DNA of 64,000 bases from Mytilus californianus (Eukaryota). The stretch's first letter is position 1, and every line of letters begins with the position of its first letter. The stretch covers positions 5,518,001 to 5,582,000 of the forward strand of contig NW_026262626.1 of assembly GCF_021869535.1 (NCBI RefSeq), in the 5' to 3' direction. Shown in pieces: positions 1 to 11,700 of the stretch. The translations under genes and the position numbers were made by a program. Under the pieces are notes generated by a model. It was given only the letters and a program-made list of their open reading frames with translations. It made no database searches and was not told the origin of the DNA.

Positions 1-1125
1 TTTTTTTTTCGATTTATAGAATTGAAAGAGAAATGGTTTATAAATAAATGCTTACATATTATAAGTTTTATATGAAAGAAAGGAAAAAAACACAGAAAAT
101 CCACAATAGATAGAAGAAGATGTGGTATGAGAATTGCTATATTTGCTTAATATCCGTCCTTTTTCAAAATAATACCGTTCAAATCGAATGTGTACGTATA
201 TGTTACATGTATGTTATACCTGAATGATTTTTATCTTTGATACGACCCCTCTATTGTTCCTGTAAACTTTAGGTGTCAATAGTCGGTGTCGAGAGTTGTT
301 GAAAAGGTCTATTAGTTGGACTTGAAATCAATTATAAAAGGAAATATATGAGTGTCATGCAAACGATAAAAGACTAATGATGATCGTTCAAAATGTATGT
401 TCAATAATTCTATCTGCCGACAAGGATGCAGATAGTTAGAAGCCGAAAAGCAAAATACAAAATCTGAATTCAAATTTGAGGGAATACACGTGTATTGAAC
501 CATTTTGGTTGATTCGGTATTGCTTAAAGTACAGTAGCAAATATTTACATAATCAATTTTACCTCTAATTCGGCTTACTGCGAGTTGGTCAGCTCTTTAC
601 TGTTCTACTAGATAATGGGCGCTTTATCAAGCAAGTGACGTTTGGGGAAAATTGTAGAACAAACACAACTGTTAAATGGGAGAAAAACTATCCAACCTAG
701 ATTTTTTTTTGTCCATTACGACGAATAAATTCGAAATTCGCTGTTATCTTTTGATTAATTGTAAAAACCAAATCGTTCTGAATAAATTATCTTAAGTTTA
801 GTATTTTTAAAGTTTGGTTAAATATTTAAACTATTAAATTTTACAGCGAATTTTGGAATTTTGATATTTTAAAACTTTGATCAAAAATCGAAATAAATAA
901 AATTTGAAAACTTTTTAAAATGTTGACTTGTAAAGTGTTACACGGACCCTGTAAGTGGTCCGGTAGGTAAAGAAACATTGTTTACTTTCATCTTCCAATA
1001 ATATTTTATAATTACATTTATTTCCCGTGCCTAATGGAGATATAAAGATTTGTTCATCAAGGATGAAAAAATCTTCATATCCCCTAAGCCAAGGGAAATG
1101 AATGTTTTATTCCACTATCTTTGCT

Positions 1126-1695
1126 TTTTAGCTCACCTGGCCCGAAGGGCCAAGTGAGCTATTCTCATCACTTGGCGTCCGTCGTCGTCGTCGTTAACTT
1201 TTTACATTTTGAACTTCTTCTAGAGAACCACTGAATGGAATGGAACCAAACATGGCATGAATGTTCCTTATGAGGTGTTCACCAAGTGTTGTTACTTTAA
1301 AGCCGATCCATCACCAAGATGGCCGCCAGCGGGGACTTAGTTTAACATAGGACCCTATGGGAAATACATGCAAATGTCTTCTTTTAGAGAACCACAGAAT
1401 GGAATGAAACCAAACATGGCATGAATATCCCTTATGAGGTGCTGACTTAGTGTTGTTACTTTGAAGCCGATCTATTATCCAAGATGGTTGCCAGCGGCGG
1501 ACTTAGTTTAACAAAGGATCCTATGAGAAATACATATAAATGTCTTCTTTTAGAGAACCACTGAATGGAATGAAACCAAACATGGCACGAATGTTCCTTA
1601 TGAGATGCTGACCAAGTGTTATTACTTTGAAGCCGATCCATCATCCAAGATGGCTGCCAGCAGGGGACTTAGTTTAACATAGGACCCTAAGGGTA
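1126..1695. mobile_element. HINE/Helentron-like non-autonomous element with ~165-bp tandem core repeats
   Basis: T-run then AGCTCACCTG...GTGAGCT stem-loop and a (GTC)n tract; about 3 tandem cores (GAACCAC recurs near 1225, 1390, 1556). A truncated relative starts at ~31898. The 3' end is not clearly seen. Confidence 0.65.
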
Positions 1696-2269
1696 ATACA
1701 TGATCATTGTGAATTTTGAACATATTTGCTGGCGATGCATCGTGAATAATTGCAAAGGTATTTCCTATAGGTCTTTGGGCATAACTACCGTCAACAGAAT
1801 CCAGGCGTACTACAAATGGCCCGGAATCCGAGCCATTTGTAGTAATATGAGCAATTTTATTCAGCACAACCATGTATTTTTGTGTTTTGTGTTTTTTAAA
1901 GCAGTGGGCTTCAAATATTCATTGCGTTACGACATGTAAAATCAGTACTTTTATTCTTAAGGTTTACTATGTTTTGACATTTTTATCTATATATATTTCC
2001 AGGACTAAGTGTTTGTGCACAATACAAAGGGCTTATTCTGCTCGAAAATAATATTTAACAAATAAATAAGTATAATCCATATATGTACCTGTATTTACCA
2101 GAGTTTACCTGTAAAAGTTTGCGCGCAAATGCAATCAAAAGCTGCGCGCATACATAATGCACCGGTGCACGGTGTTGTGCGGGATCAATTCAGACCAAAA
2201 ACTATATATAACGAGTATTGTGGTTTACGACACAGAAGATCCTTAATAATATAAGTTCCAAAGGGAAGA

Positions 2270-2405
2270 GATATATGGAAACTATTTCCGCTGGAAGACC
2301 TAATACGGAATATTATTTCCACTGGAAGAAATATCATTGAATATTATTTGCACTGGATGAAATGTTATTGAATATTATTTCCACTGGAAGAAATATTACA
2401 GTATT
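2270..2405. repeat. 31-bp minisatellite, ~4 copies
   Basis: ATT(T)(C/G)C(A/G)CTGGA recurs at ~31-bp spacing (2285, 2316, 2347, 2378); the intervening sequence is also similar, with no unique spacers. Confidence 0.8.
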
Positions 2406-3534
2406 CAATCCGGACGGAATAAAGAATATAGTCTATTTGTTTCAAAACAAGGTTCTGTTAGAAGGAACAAATATAAATTCATATTGCGAACTCTGATATT
2501 CATGAATCAATATCAGGTTCTCACTAATTATGTATAATAAGCATGATAAGGGTATGTTAATTTAGTCATAAACCTGTGAAAAAACAATTGACATTGTGAT
2601 AATCCAGACTTTAACTCTTATGAATCTGGGTAAGGTTTTAGTTTAGAAATCAGTGTGCCTATGAGCAGTAAAATAATTTCCAAGTGTACACGGCAAGTGC
2701 TTCTGAAATAACCCTTATTAGGGGATGACCATTTGATTTTCGGGGGTGGGGTTGAAATTGATTATCCTAGCTTGGTACTCAGAATAGAATCTTATACGGC
2801 TTCTGATTGGATAACATATGATTGGAATTACTTTAAATCGAAAGCTTATCCAATTGGGTTAAAAATTCCAGAAAATCAAATTCATATTTTACAAAGTATA
2901 GAAAATATATCAAATTTCTGCACGTAGGAGCCTTTAAAAAATTGCCTTTTTCATTAAACGAAAAATAATAGACGTTGTTTTTTCAACTGCATTTTAAGTC
3001 AATTTTTGCCCCATGACCATGTATACTTTTTTTGCTGTTATGCAACGCTGACATTTCTAGTAACAGGAACTGCTACCCATTTTTTTCTAGTTTGTGTAGT
3101 CTTTGAGAAAAAAGTATGGAACACCACTGGTACCCTATGGAAAATGCAATACGAATAATTGCGCTCTTGTAACCTAGCTAGAGTAAGTGTTTCAACTTTA
3201 TCCCAGAGATAAACAATAGAGTTACCCGCTCTTACCTAAACTAATCATCTTGTAATTTAGTACGCCACACATTTAAAGTAATCTATTCTTGGGGTAGAAA
3301 ATTCTTAGTATTTCGACTAATTCAAAGTTTAGTAAAACAGTTAATTTATAGATGTGACCATATCAATGATAATCCATGTCAAAGCAGAAGTGCTGATCGA
3401 CTATTCTAGGCTGAACAGAATTTCTGGAATTCCGGATCTTAAAAAAAAAACCAATCAGATAAAATATTCTGTTCAGATTGAATTTCATCATAAATTTATG
3501 TCTGATGAACTAGAATATTAAATGTCTTAAAAAC

Positions 3535-3564
3535 CTGGGACTATTATACTAATACTAGTCCCAG
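3535..3564. mobile_element. 30-bp palindromic mini-element with 7-bp flanking direct repeat
   Basis: TAAAAAC|CTGGGACTA-ttatactaatac-TAGTCCCAG|TAAAAAC. Confidence 0.65.
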
Positions 3565-4453
3565 TAAAAACATACAAAAATACACGCATTTTTGAAAAAA
3601 TAAAAAAAATGAATTTATTTGTATATTTAAACTTAAAAGAGTAGTTCAATGATTTAAATCATAGAGTTCAGTTCAGTTTCTTGTATGCTCCTCCATTAAT
3701 TGTAGAGCACTTCCCTTGGGGTATAATTGTAGCAACTATATACACCTTAAAACATAAGGGAACATATAAACTTATGTACAGATAAATGAATAAAGGCAAT
3801 ATCATTATTAATTCATTGGATAGTCATTACAGTTTTAAACCATAAAATTAACTAATCATAATGTGCTGAGGTATAAAAAATAAGAAAAAGTTATGTAGGA
3901 ACTGAATATATTTACAAGTAAAATTTGAAATTTAAAAGTTTAAATTAATTTTAATTTAAAATTCTATTGGTAAGTTAAGGGTGCTATTCTTACATCAGAA
4001 TTTATAACGAAAAGATTATTTAAAGGGGTGTTATGTAAATGGGTTAGGGTTAAGAACAATTCAACGTATGTACATAAGTGTTCCTTCACAATTTAAAATT
4101 ACCTATTTTATAGACATTTTCATTATTCTTTAAAAGGTACTTAACATATCTTAAAAACTTTGAAGAAGCTTTTTTAAATTATCGTAAAAAATAGTAAAAT
4201 GGTAAAAATAAAGAATTATTTTATTTTATTTTAATTTTATCACTTATACTTACACTTATACACATTTAACGTTTGAATATCTTGAGAAGTTAACCCCGTA
4301 GAAGATGGAATAATAAAATCAGAAAACTTTAAAACTTAACATGTGAGTAAACAACAGCGACTGAAAAAGAACCACAAAAACTTCACACCATTTCTTACTT
4401 ATTATATAGTTACGGCCTATAGTGAGTGTGTTCTCTTACATTTCCCCTGTACC

Positions 4454-4482
4454 CTGGGACTATTAGTATAAAATAGTCCCAG
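4454..4482. mobile_element. 29-bp palindromic mini-element with 7-bp flanking direct repeat (same family as 3535-3564)
   Basis: CTGTACC|CTGGGACTA-ttagtataaaa-TAGTCCCAG|CTGTACC. Confidence 0.65.
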
Positions 4483-4483
4483 C

Positions 4484-5707
4484 TGTACCATATACGAGCA
4501 ATACCAGAAGTCCATTTTTGGCGAATCATAAGTCCTTCATGGCTTCAATGAACATTGCATTGAACAACAAATCGGAGGACTTACCTTGTTTGTATTGGAT
4601 ACCTAAACTTCACAAACAACGGTACATTGCCGGCTCAGCTGCATGTTCCACTAAAGAATTGTCCATTAGATTGACTAAAATTCTGTCCGCAGTGAAAGAG
4701 GGTCTTCAGAAATACTGTGAAACTGTTTACTGGCGTAGTGGTATTTACCATATGTGGATTCTTAAAAACTCTAAAGAACTTCTTGATAATTTTAAATCTC
4801 GGTCTTTTTCTGAAATTAGTTCTATCAAAACTTTTGATTTTTCAACCTTGTATACCACCATTCCCCATGTGAAATTGAAAAACCGTCTAAAAGAAATAAT
4901 CCACAATGCTTTTCGTCATAAAAATGGTAGCATACGCTATAAATTTATTTCTTTGGGATACCCGATAAGGCATATTTTGTTAAAAGTGAACAAAAGGGTA
5001 AAACATGCTACACAGAGGAACAAGTGATCAGTATGCTGGAGTTTCTTATTGACAACATATTTGTTGAATTTGGAGGTAGACTTTTTCAACAAATTGTCGG
5101 CATTCCTATGGGAACGAACTGTGCGCCTCTCCTTGCCGACCTCTTCTTATTTTCATATGAATCGGAGTTCCTTCAGACACTTGTCAAAAACAAGAAGATC
5201 AAAGAAGCCAGGTTAATTAATTTCACTTTCAGATATATTGATGATGTTCTTTCCATTAACAATCCGAACTTTTCTGATTGGGTTCCATTAATATATCCAC
5301 CAGAACCAGAAATTAAAGAAACAACAGACACGGCTTCCTCCGCCTCATTTTTAGACTTATACCTTGAATTTCACATACACAGTCATCTCAGTACCAGAAT
5401 CTATGACAAACGAGACGATTTTAATTTTGACATTATCAATTTTCCCCACCTTAGTAGCAATATACCAACTTCACCTGCATATGGGATATACATTTCCAAA
5501 CTTATTCGGTATTCAAGAAGAGCTTGCAGCTTCTACTCAGACTTTGTAAAACGTAACCAGTGTCTTAGCAGAAAGATAATGAACCAGGGGTATGTCAAAG
5601 AACGTCTCGTCCTTTTTCTAAAAAAGTTCATCGGAAGGTACTAAGAACTTGTTGATAAATATTCCGTATCAACTTCACAAATAATACACGATGGTCTTGA
5701 AGTATAG
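4484..5707 (+). mobile_element. 5'-truncated, inactivated Penelope-like retroelement reverse transcriptase
   Basis: Motifs LYWIPKLHK, TFDFSTLYTTIPH, GIPMGTNCAPLLADLFL, FRYIDD, FLDL, YDKRDDFNF and PAYGIYIS. One frameshift near 4960 and a premature TAA at 5642; the frame continues to TAG at 5705-5707. Confidence 0.9.
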
Positions 5708-5756
5708 ATTTTGCGTACTGACGTTGTTTATCATCTTGATAACGTGTAATAGTATT

Positions 5757-6650
5757 CTTTTATTTGTCTTTATTAATATTACTTTTACTGTTAAGTCTGT
5801 TTTTTGAGATATCCATTTGACGTGACTCTGTGCTTATGTATCCCGTCATACATTGAACGACAAAATTATTTTATTTATTAATATTACTTTTACTGTTAAG
5901 TCTGTTTTTTTGTGATATACATTTGACTTGACTCTGTACTTATGTATCCCGTCATACTTTGAAAAACACAATTATTTTATTTATTAATATTACTTTTACT
6001 GTTAAGGGCATACGATACAGTTACAGTGGAGGTAATGACGTTGCTAACGTAAATTGTTATTTTCGCTTATCGGGAAAAGATGCAGTTTCGACTGATTTTT
6101 ATCATTCAAACGGATTTAACTTGAAAACGAGTTCATGGACCCCTCTTTTTTAAAATGACATTTAGTTTGATTACGGATGAAGATTATGTGTACCAATTTT
6201 CATAAAAAAGTCAATAGTGCAATTATTTTAAATTTGATAAATATACAGCAAAAAAAGACGTTTTTTTTCTACATTCATGAACATTTGATAAATATGAGTT
6301 ATTTGTAAAATAGAATGTACAAATTTATAGAACATTTATATAAAACAGAAATTACACATAATTTAACAAAAAACAGCTTATGTTTATCTTTTAAAACAAA
6401 AAAGTTATGTATTTCTGTCGAAAGAAAAAATACGTCCCAAAGTAGCACATGATGGTATATTTTTTATTGCATATTTGATTTAATCAGGTAAAATATAGCC
6501 TATATGCAAATTTTCATCAAAATTCCATTGCGGGATCAAAACTGTATCGTATGCCCTTAACTGTGTTTTTTTGTGATATCCATTTTACGCCGGTGACTCT
6601 GTATTTATGTATCCTGTCATACTTTGAACGACAAAATTATTTTATGTCTA
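5757..6650 (+). repeat. Tandemly repeated 3' region of the Penelope-like element, interrupted by a MITE
   Basis: About three copies of ...TATTACTTTTACTGTTAAG-TCTGTTTTT...GACTCTGT...TATGTATCC(C/T)GTCATAC...; the third copy is split at TTAA by the 6006-6556 insertion. Confidence 0.65.
6006..6556. mobile_element. TTAA-flanked MITE (Kolobok-like)
   Basis: TTAA|GGGCATACGATACAGTT ... AACTGTATCGTATGCCC|TTAA: 17-bp perfect TIR. GG termini with a TTAA TSD fit Kolobok rather than piggyBac (CC termini). Confidence 0.8.
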
Positions 6651-7526
6651 CCTGTGCGAATTTCAAACGGGCGATTTTGCGCCAGTACTTAAAACCTTCC
6701 ATCCTTTATGGGTGGGTTTTACATAGATGAATAAAATCGTATAATATAAGCAAAATGAGGATGTTAAATTTGATGTATGCCTTTTTGTGCTTATTCGTTA
6801 CATTTGTTTTATAGTGATTAAGATGATAACACGTACAATGTTGACTGCTGTACCCCTATTTTTGACATTTTTACCTATGTCGTAACTACAATCCCGTTCC
6901 CTTTTCACGAATGTGACCTACCAAATTAGACTATTTACCCCTATTTGTGACATTTTTACCTTTTGTTTTTGTTTGTTTTGTTCACACATCGTTGTCAATA
7001 TAATGGAATTTGATGCGACTGTCATACAAGTGAGAGGTTTAGCTAGCTTTAAAACCAGGTTCAATCCACCCATTTTCTACATAAGGAAATGTCTGTACTA
7101 AGTCAGGAATATGACAGTTGTTATCCATTCGTTTGATGTGTTTGAACTTTTGATTTTGCCATTTCATTGGGGCCATTTCATTGGGGCCTTTCCTTTTTGA
7201 ATTTTCCTCGGAGTTCAGTATTTTTGTGATTTTACTTTTTACTAGTAATGGATTTCTGGTTTCACCTAATTAACATATTATAATATGTTTATTGCTAACC
7301 GTGATATTATCATAATGCAATTACTGTTTAATTAAGAAAGTTAGCACATTATTATTTAAAGAAGGAGGGCCGTATAATGGAGAAGAGGGGGGGGGGGGGG
7401 TACTTTCATGACAAATAACGGTAAAAATGCCAAATGACGTTGACGGTAATTTATGATGCATGACGATAAAATATAAAGTAACATTTTCTATTTGATGATA
7501 AAAAAGACCAATGATTTTGACGAAGA

Positions 7527-7718
7527 CAGGGGCGGATTCAAGCGGGGGCGTGGCGGGCGTGCGCCCCCCCCCCCCCCCTAAAATTTGTAAAGCATGAGTT
7601 GTCCTCGGCTTATTAAAGAATATTTCGATAATTTTACCTCAAAAAAATGTTTGCCTCACTTCGCTCGGACAAAATTTAAGTCTGCGCCCCCTAACCTGAA
7701 ATCCTGGATCCGCCCCTG
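7527..7718. mobile_element. MITE with CAGGGGCGG TIR and imperfect 5-bp TSD
   Basis: GAAGA|CAGGGGCGGATTC ... GGATCCGCCCCTG|GAAGC; relatives at 25450-25601 and 51247-51395. Confidence 0.65.
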
Positions 7719-7787
7719 GAAGCACGTTAAACATGTTAAATTCTTTCCAAACTGAATAACGATAACGGATAATTGGGGCCTTCCTAG

Positions 7788-7979
7788 AGGGGGGGGGGTA
7801 TGACCTTTATCGGGACTCCGGGATCGGGTGTTTTTAAGCTCGGGATTTCGGGATTGATTCTTTCGGGATCCGGGAATTCTTTTTTCGAATTCGGGATGTC
7901 GGGATTTAATTTTTTTTTAATTCGGGACCTCGGGATTCCATGTTTTTAAGCCCGGGATTTCGGGATCAGGACCTCTCCT

Positions 7980-8011
<32 letters not shown>

Positions 8012-8015
8012 TTTC
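7788..8015. repeat. CGGGA-motif-rich dispersed repeat with poly-G/poly-C ends
   Basis: More than 10 CGGGA motifs between a G-run and a long C-run; a shorter relative lies at ~55858-55955. Confidence 0.6.
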
Positions 8016-8124
8016 CTACCCTCAAGAAGGTCAATGGTCGAAACGTTTTGGGAATTTCTATAAAAGTATTATCATTATTACGATAATTTATTTGCAGTAA
8101 GCTTAACTTTTTATTGACATATAA

Positions 8125-8597
8125 GGGAGCTACCATTTGATTTTTATGGGGGGGGGGGGGGGGGGGGGCGGGGGCTAGGATGAAAAATTTTGTCCTGCCT
8201 TTTTATTTTTCCCTCTATACACCTTATCGCTAATCCCGCTTGACCCGAGAATCAGTCCCGCTCGAACTTTTGACGTCATACAACAATCACTTTTCCATTG
8301 TGGCGTCAGATATTTTCTATTATGACGTCAAAATTTTACGGGAACTTGTGTGATGTCCAGTAATGGCGGACAAATAGCGATAAGGTGTATTCGGTCTTGC
8401 CTTTTTATTTTTCACTCTATTCAGTCCTGCCTTTTTTTTTTTTAGTTTATCCTGACTTTTTTTTTACATAAATTATCATCATGCCTTTTTTTTTGCAAAT
8501 AATCTCATCCTGCCTTTTTTTTTACTCAATACTCCTGTCCTGCCTATTTTTTTCAAATTTAATCCTAGCCCCCCATAAAAATCAAATGGTAGCTCCC
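8125..8597. mobile_element. PIF/Harbinger-like MITE with nested insertion
   Basis: TAA|GGGAGCTACCATTTGATTTTTATGGGG ... CCCCATAAAAATCAAATGGTAGCTCCC|TAA: 3-bp TAA TSD and GGG/CCC termini; second copy at 29374-29676. Confidence 0.85.
8220..8387. mobile_element. TA-flanked MITE nested in the PIF-like MITE
   Basis: TA|CACCTTATCGCTA ... TAGCGATAAGGTG|TA; the 29.4-kb copy of the host lacks it and shows a single TA (CACTC-TA-TTCGGTCC on the reverse strand). Confidence 0.75.
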
Positions 8598-8718
8598 TAA
8601 GTTGACTTTAAAAACAGACACAACTTTTTAACGATTGTGATGACGTTTTAATGGCGGGAAAAGGGAGTTATCTGACTTGTATTTGTACCGGAAGTTGTAA
8701 TCTCCAAGGAAAACAGTC

Positions 8719-11700
8719 ATGGCGGGCACAGTACCTCAAAGATTAGAAGTATATGGTTTAATTAACGATGTTAACTTTCAAAGAGCCCGATATTGTGCAG
8801 AGGTTTGTATTTCACATGAGTACTTAGACTGCATCAATCAAACAAGCTATAAATGTCGGCGGAGTTAAAAATTAAGGAAAATCTATCGTCTGTTTACCTT
8901 GTTTACAATGTAGTTTATATGCGAAAAAATTATAATAAGAGTGTGAGATACGTCTAACAATGCAGGCCCGAAAATACGTTTGCTGACAATTTTTCCAGAC
9001 ATACGCAATGACCAGAATTGACAACCATTGTATAAATGAATTGTTTGATTTAATCACAAAATATTTTATACAATGCACCTTGCTAAGAATCCGGGTCCTG
9101 AAAGATCTGAGCAAGACTTGATTATATTCCTATCACTTTGTTGTAACCTATCATGTTTAAATTCCTGTGCTCTGTCATTCGACCTGTTCTATATTTTATT
9201 TGCTGAACACATGCTGTGATTTCCTAATTCCATGTCCTTTATTTGTAAATAAGTGTTTTGCTTATGATTCTCGATTATATTCCTATCACTTTGTTGAAAC
9301 CTATCATGTTTATATTCCTGTGCTCTGTCATTCCACCTGTTCTATATTTTATTTGCTGAACACATGCTGTGATTTCCTAATTCCATATCCTTCATCTGTA
9401 AATAAGTGTTTTGCTTATGATTCTCTTTATCAATTCCTGGTTGTTTATAGTCTGGATACAAAGTTCCAGTATTTCTTCAAATCCGAGCAAGACTTGATTA
9501 TTTTATGGTATTTTAATAATGACTAACAAAATAAACAATTCATATCGCCGTAGCATTGTTACGTAATAAGTTAATGTCCCGAAGGTGTGTGTGATACAGT
9601 TCCTGAATAATCCAAGATATTACAGGTCAGTTCGCCCAAAATCATCTTCGCTCCCATTCATGCTCGCACCCCACTTGTTTGCACCCTTTTTAAAGGTTTT
9701 GTGTTAACTATTAATTTAATCGTGTTTTGCTATAGAATAAATTTAATAAGGTTTTTTATTGCTTTAAAATAAGGTGCCTTTCTAAAAACATAAACCGGTT
9801 TCCTTTAACATTTTGTGTATTATATTGATGTCACGAATAATGAATAATTTTATTGATGAACAATGACCAAGTTTGTCTATCTAAGACTTGTAAAAGAAAT
9901 GGGAAATTAAACTTTACAAGGGGAGTTAATTGGGGTCACTGGCTCTACTTCTTTATTCACAACTTTTATATCCCACTTTTTATAACACAACTAGGGCTAA
10001 TTCAGAACTTGATATATTGTGTAGACATCTACACTGTACCTATTGTTTAGGACTTGATGTTGCCCTCTAGATGAATTTTTTTATTGTTGTATTTTTTTTG
10101 GTTGCTGTCCCATTGATGTATACACCACATCTCCTTCTTTTTATACTGAAACAAAAAGTACCAGCTTATGGTCATTTTGCATTTTGGGTTAAGGTTAATT
10201 TGACCAGCTTCTGGTCAATAGACAGGCTGTTATTTTCATTCTTTGACATTTGTAATTTATACCTCTCTTAAACTTAAGTTTTACTATTTTATTTATTTGC
10301 AGTTGGAAGCTTTTTTTCTAGACAGTTTGTTGATTTTCAATCAAGAGTGAAATCAATAAATTTGCTCTGATTTCAAACTACATTTTTTTTGTATTTCAGG
10401 ACTTATGGAAGAAAGACCCAAATACATTTCCAGATCCAGTTGTCAATGGAATGTTGGAATTTGAATGGGATTTATTCATTGATGCTAAAAGAAAGGTATT
10501 TTTTATGTTTTGTGAAATAAAATGCAAATTTCTGTTGTACCAGTGTATTTTAATACATTATGCTAAAAGAAAGGTATTTTTTTATGTTTTATGAAATATA
10601 ATGCAAATTTCTGTTGTACCCAGTGTATGTTAATACATTATGCACAAAGAAAGGTATATTTATGTTTTGTGAAATATGATAGACATTTCTGTTGTACCCA
10701 GTGTATGTAAACACATTATGCTAAAAGAAAGGTATTTTTTATGTTTTGTGAAATAAAATGCAAATTTCTGTTGTACCCATTGTATGTAAATACATTATGC
10801 TAAAAGACAGGCCTGGGGCCATTACATTGCAATGTAATGCATTACATTACAATTACTTTGTGATTCTTCCGTTACAATTACAGTTACAATTACATTTTTC
10901 TCACATGTAATGCATTACATTACAATTACTTTGCCTGTGTAATGCATTACATTACACATTACTTTTTCAATATAAAAACTAAAAACATTTAAAAAACAGA
11001 TTTTTATAAGAAATTGATAAATATTACCTGGGTATATGTACATATATATACAGTGTTAGTGACATAGACTTCAAATACATGAAAAAAAAAATTATCATAT
11101 AATTTTGTTTCTAACATTGATCACTTAATCATTAAGACATCATAAAGGGATTTCAAAGGGATATAATAAATGTGCCATTAAAGGATTATCTTGTAAAATG
11201 CTTAAGGGCTCTGTGAGGACAAACATAAGTTGAAAAGATTTGATTGCAATAAAAACATTTTGATATTAATTAGGTGAAATAACAATCACAGTTTGGTGTA
11301 AAAATGTTGATTGACATATTCAATCTTTCATTGAAAGGCATGTAAGGTGTGTATAGGATTATGAAAATTTCATCTTCATATTTTTTCCATTCATCTATAT
11401 AGTTTTGTTTAATAATTATTTTTTAGAAGATTTTTTAAGGGCGAACTATCTATAATGATTTAATACAGTAATTAACTGTGACAATAATTTTATTCAATAC
11501 TTTCTTTTTTTTTTGTTAATATTTTCTTTTTATTTTACTATATTCTTCAATTTTATGTATTTTACCAATTTGTAATGAAAAGTAATGTACAGTAATGAAG
11601 GCATTACATTGATTTTTAACTAAAGTAATCATTACATTACATGTAATTGTAATGCAGAAAATGTGCATTACAAATTACTTTGCATTACATCAAAAAAAAT

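Noticed and set aside
1456-1939. Short ORFs on both strands
   Set aside because: They lie in or run out of HINE-like tandem cores and repeat the same peptide fragments.
2270-2405. Regularly spaced ~31-bp repeats as a possible CRISPR array
   Set aside because: Intervening sequence is repeated rather than unique, there are no cas genes, and the context is eukaryotic.
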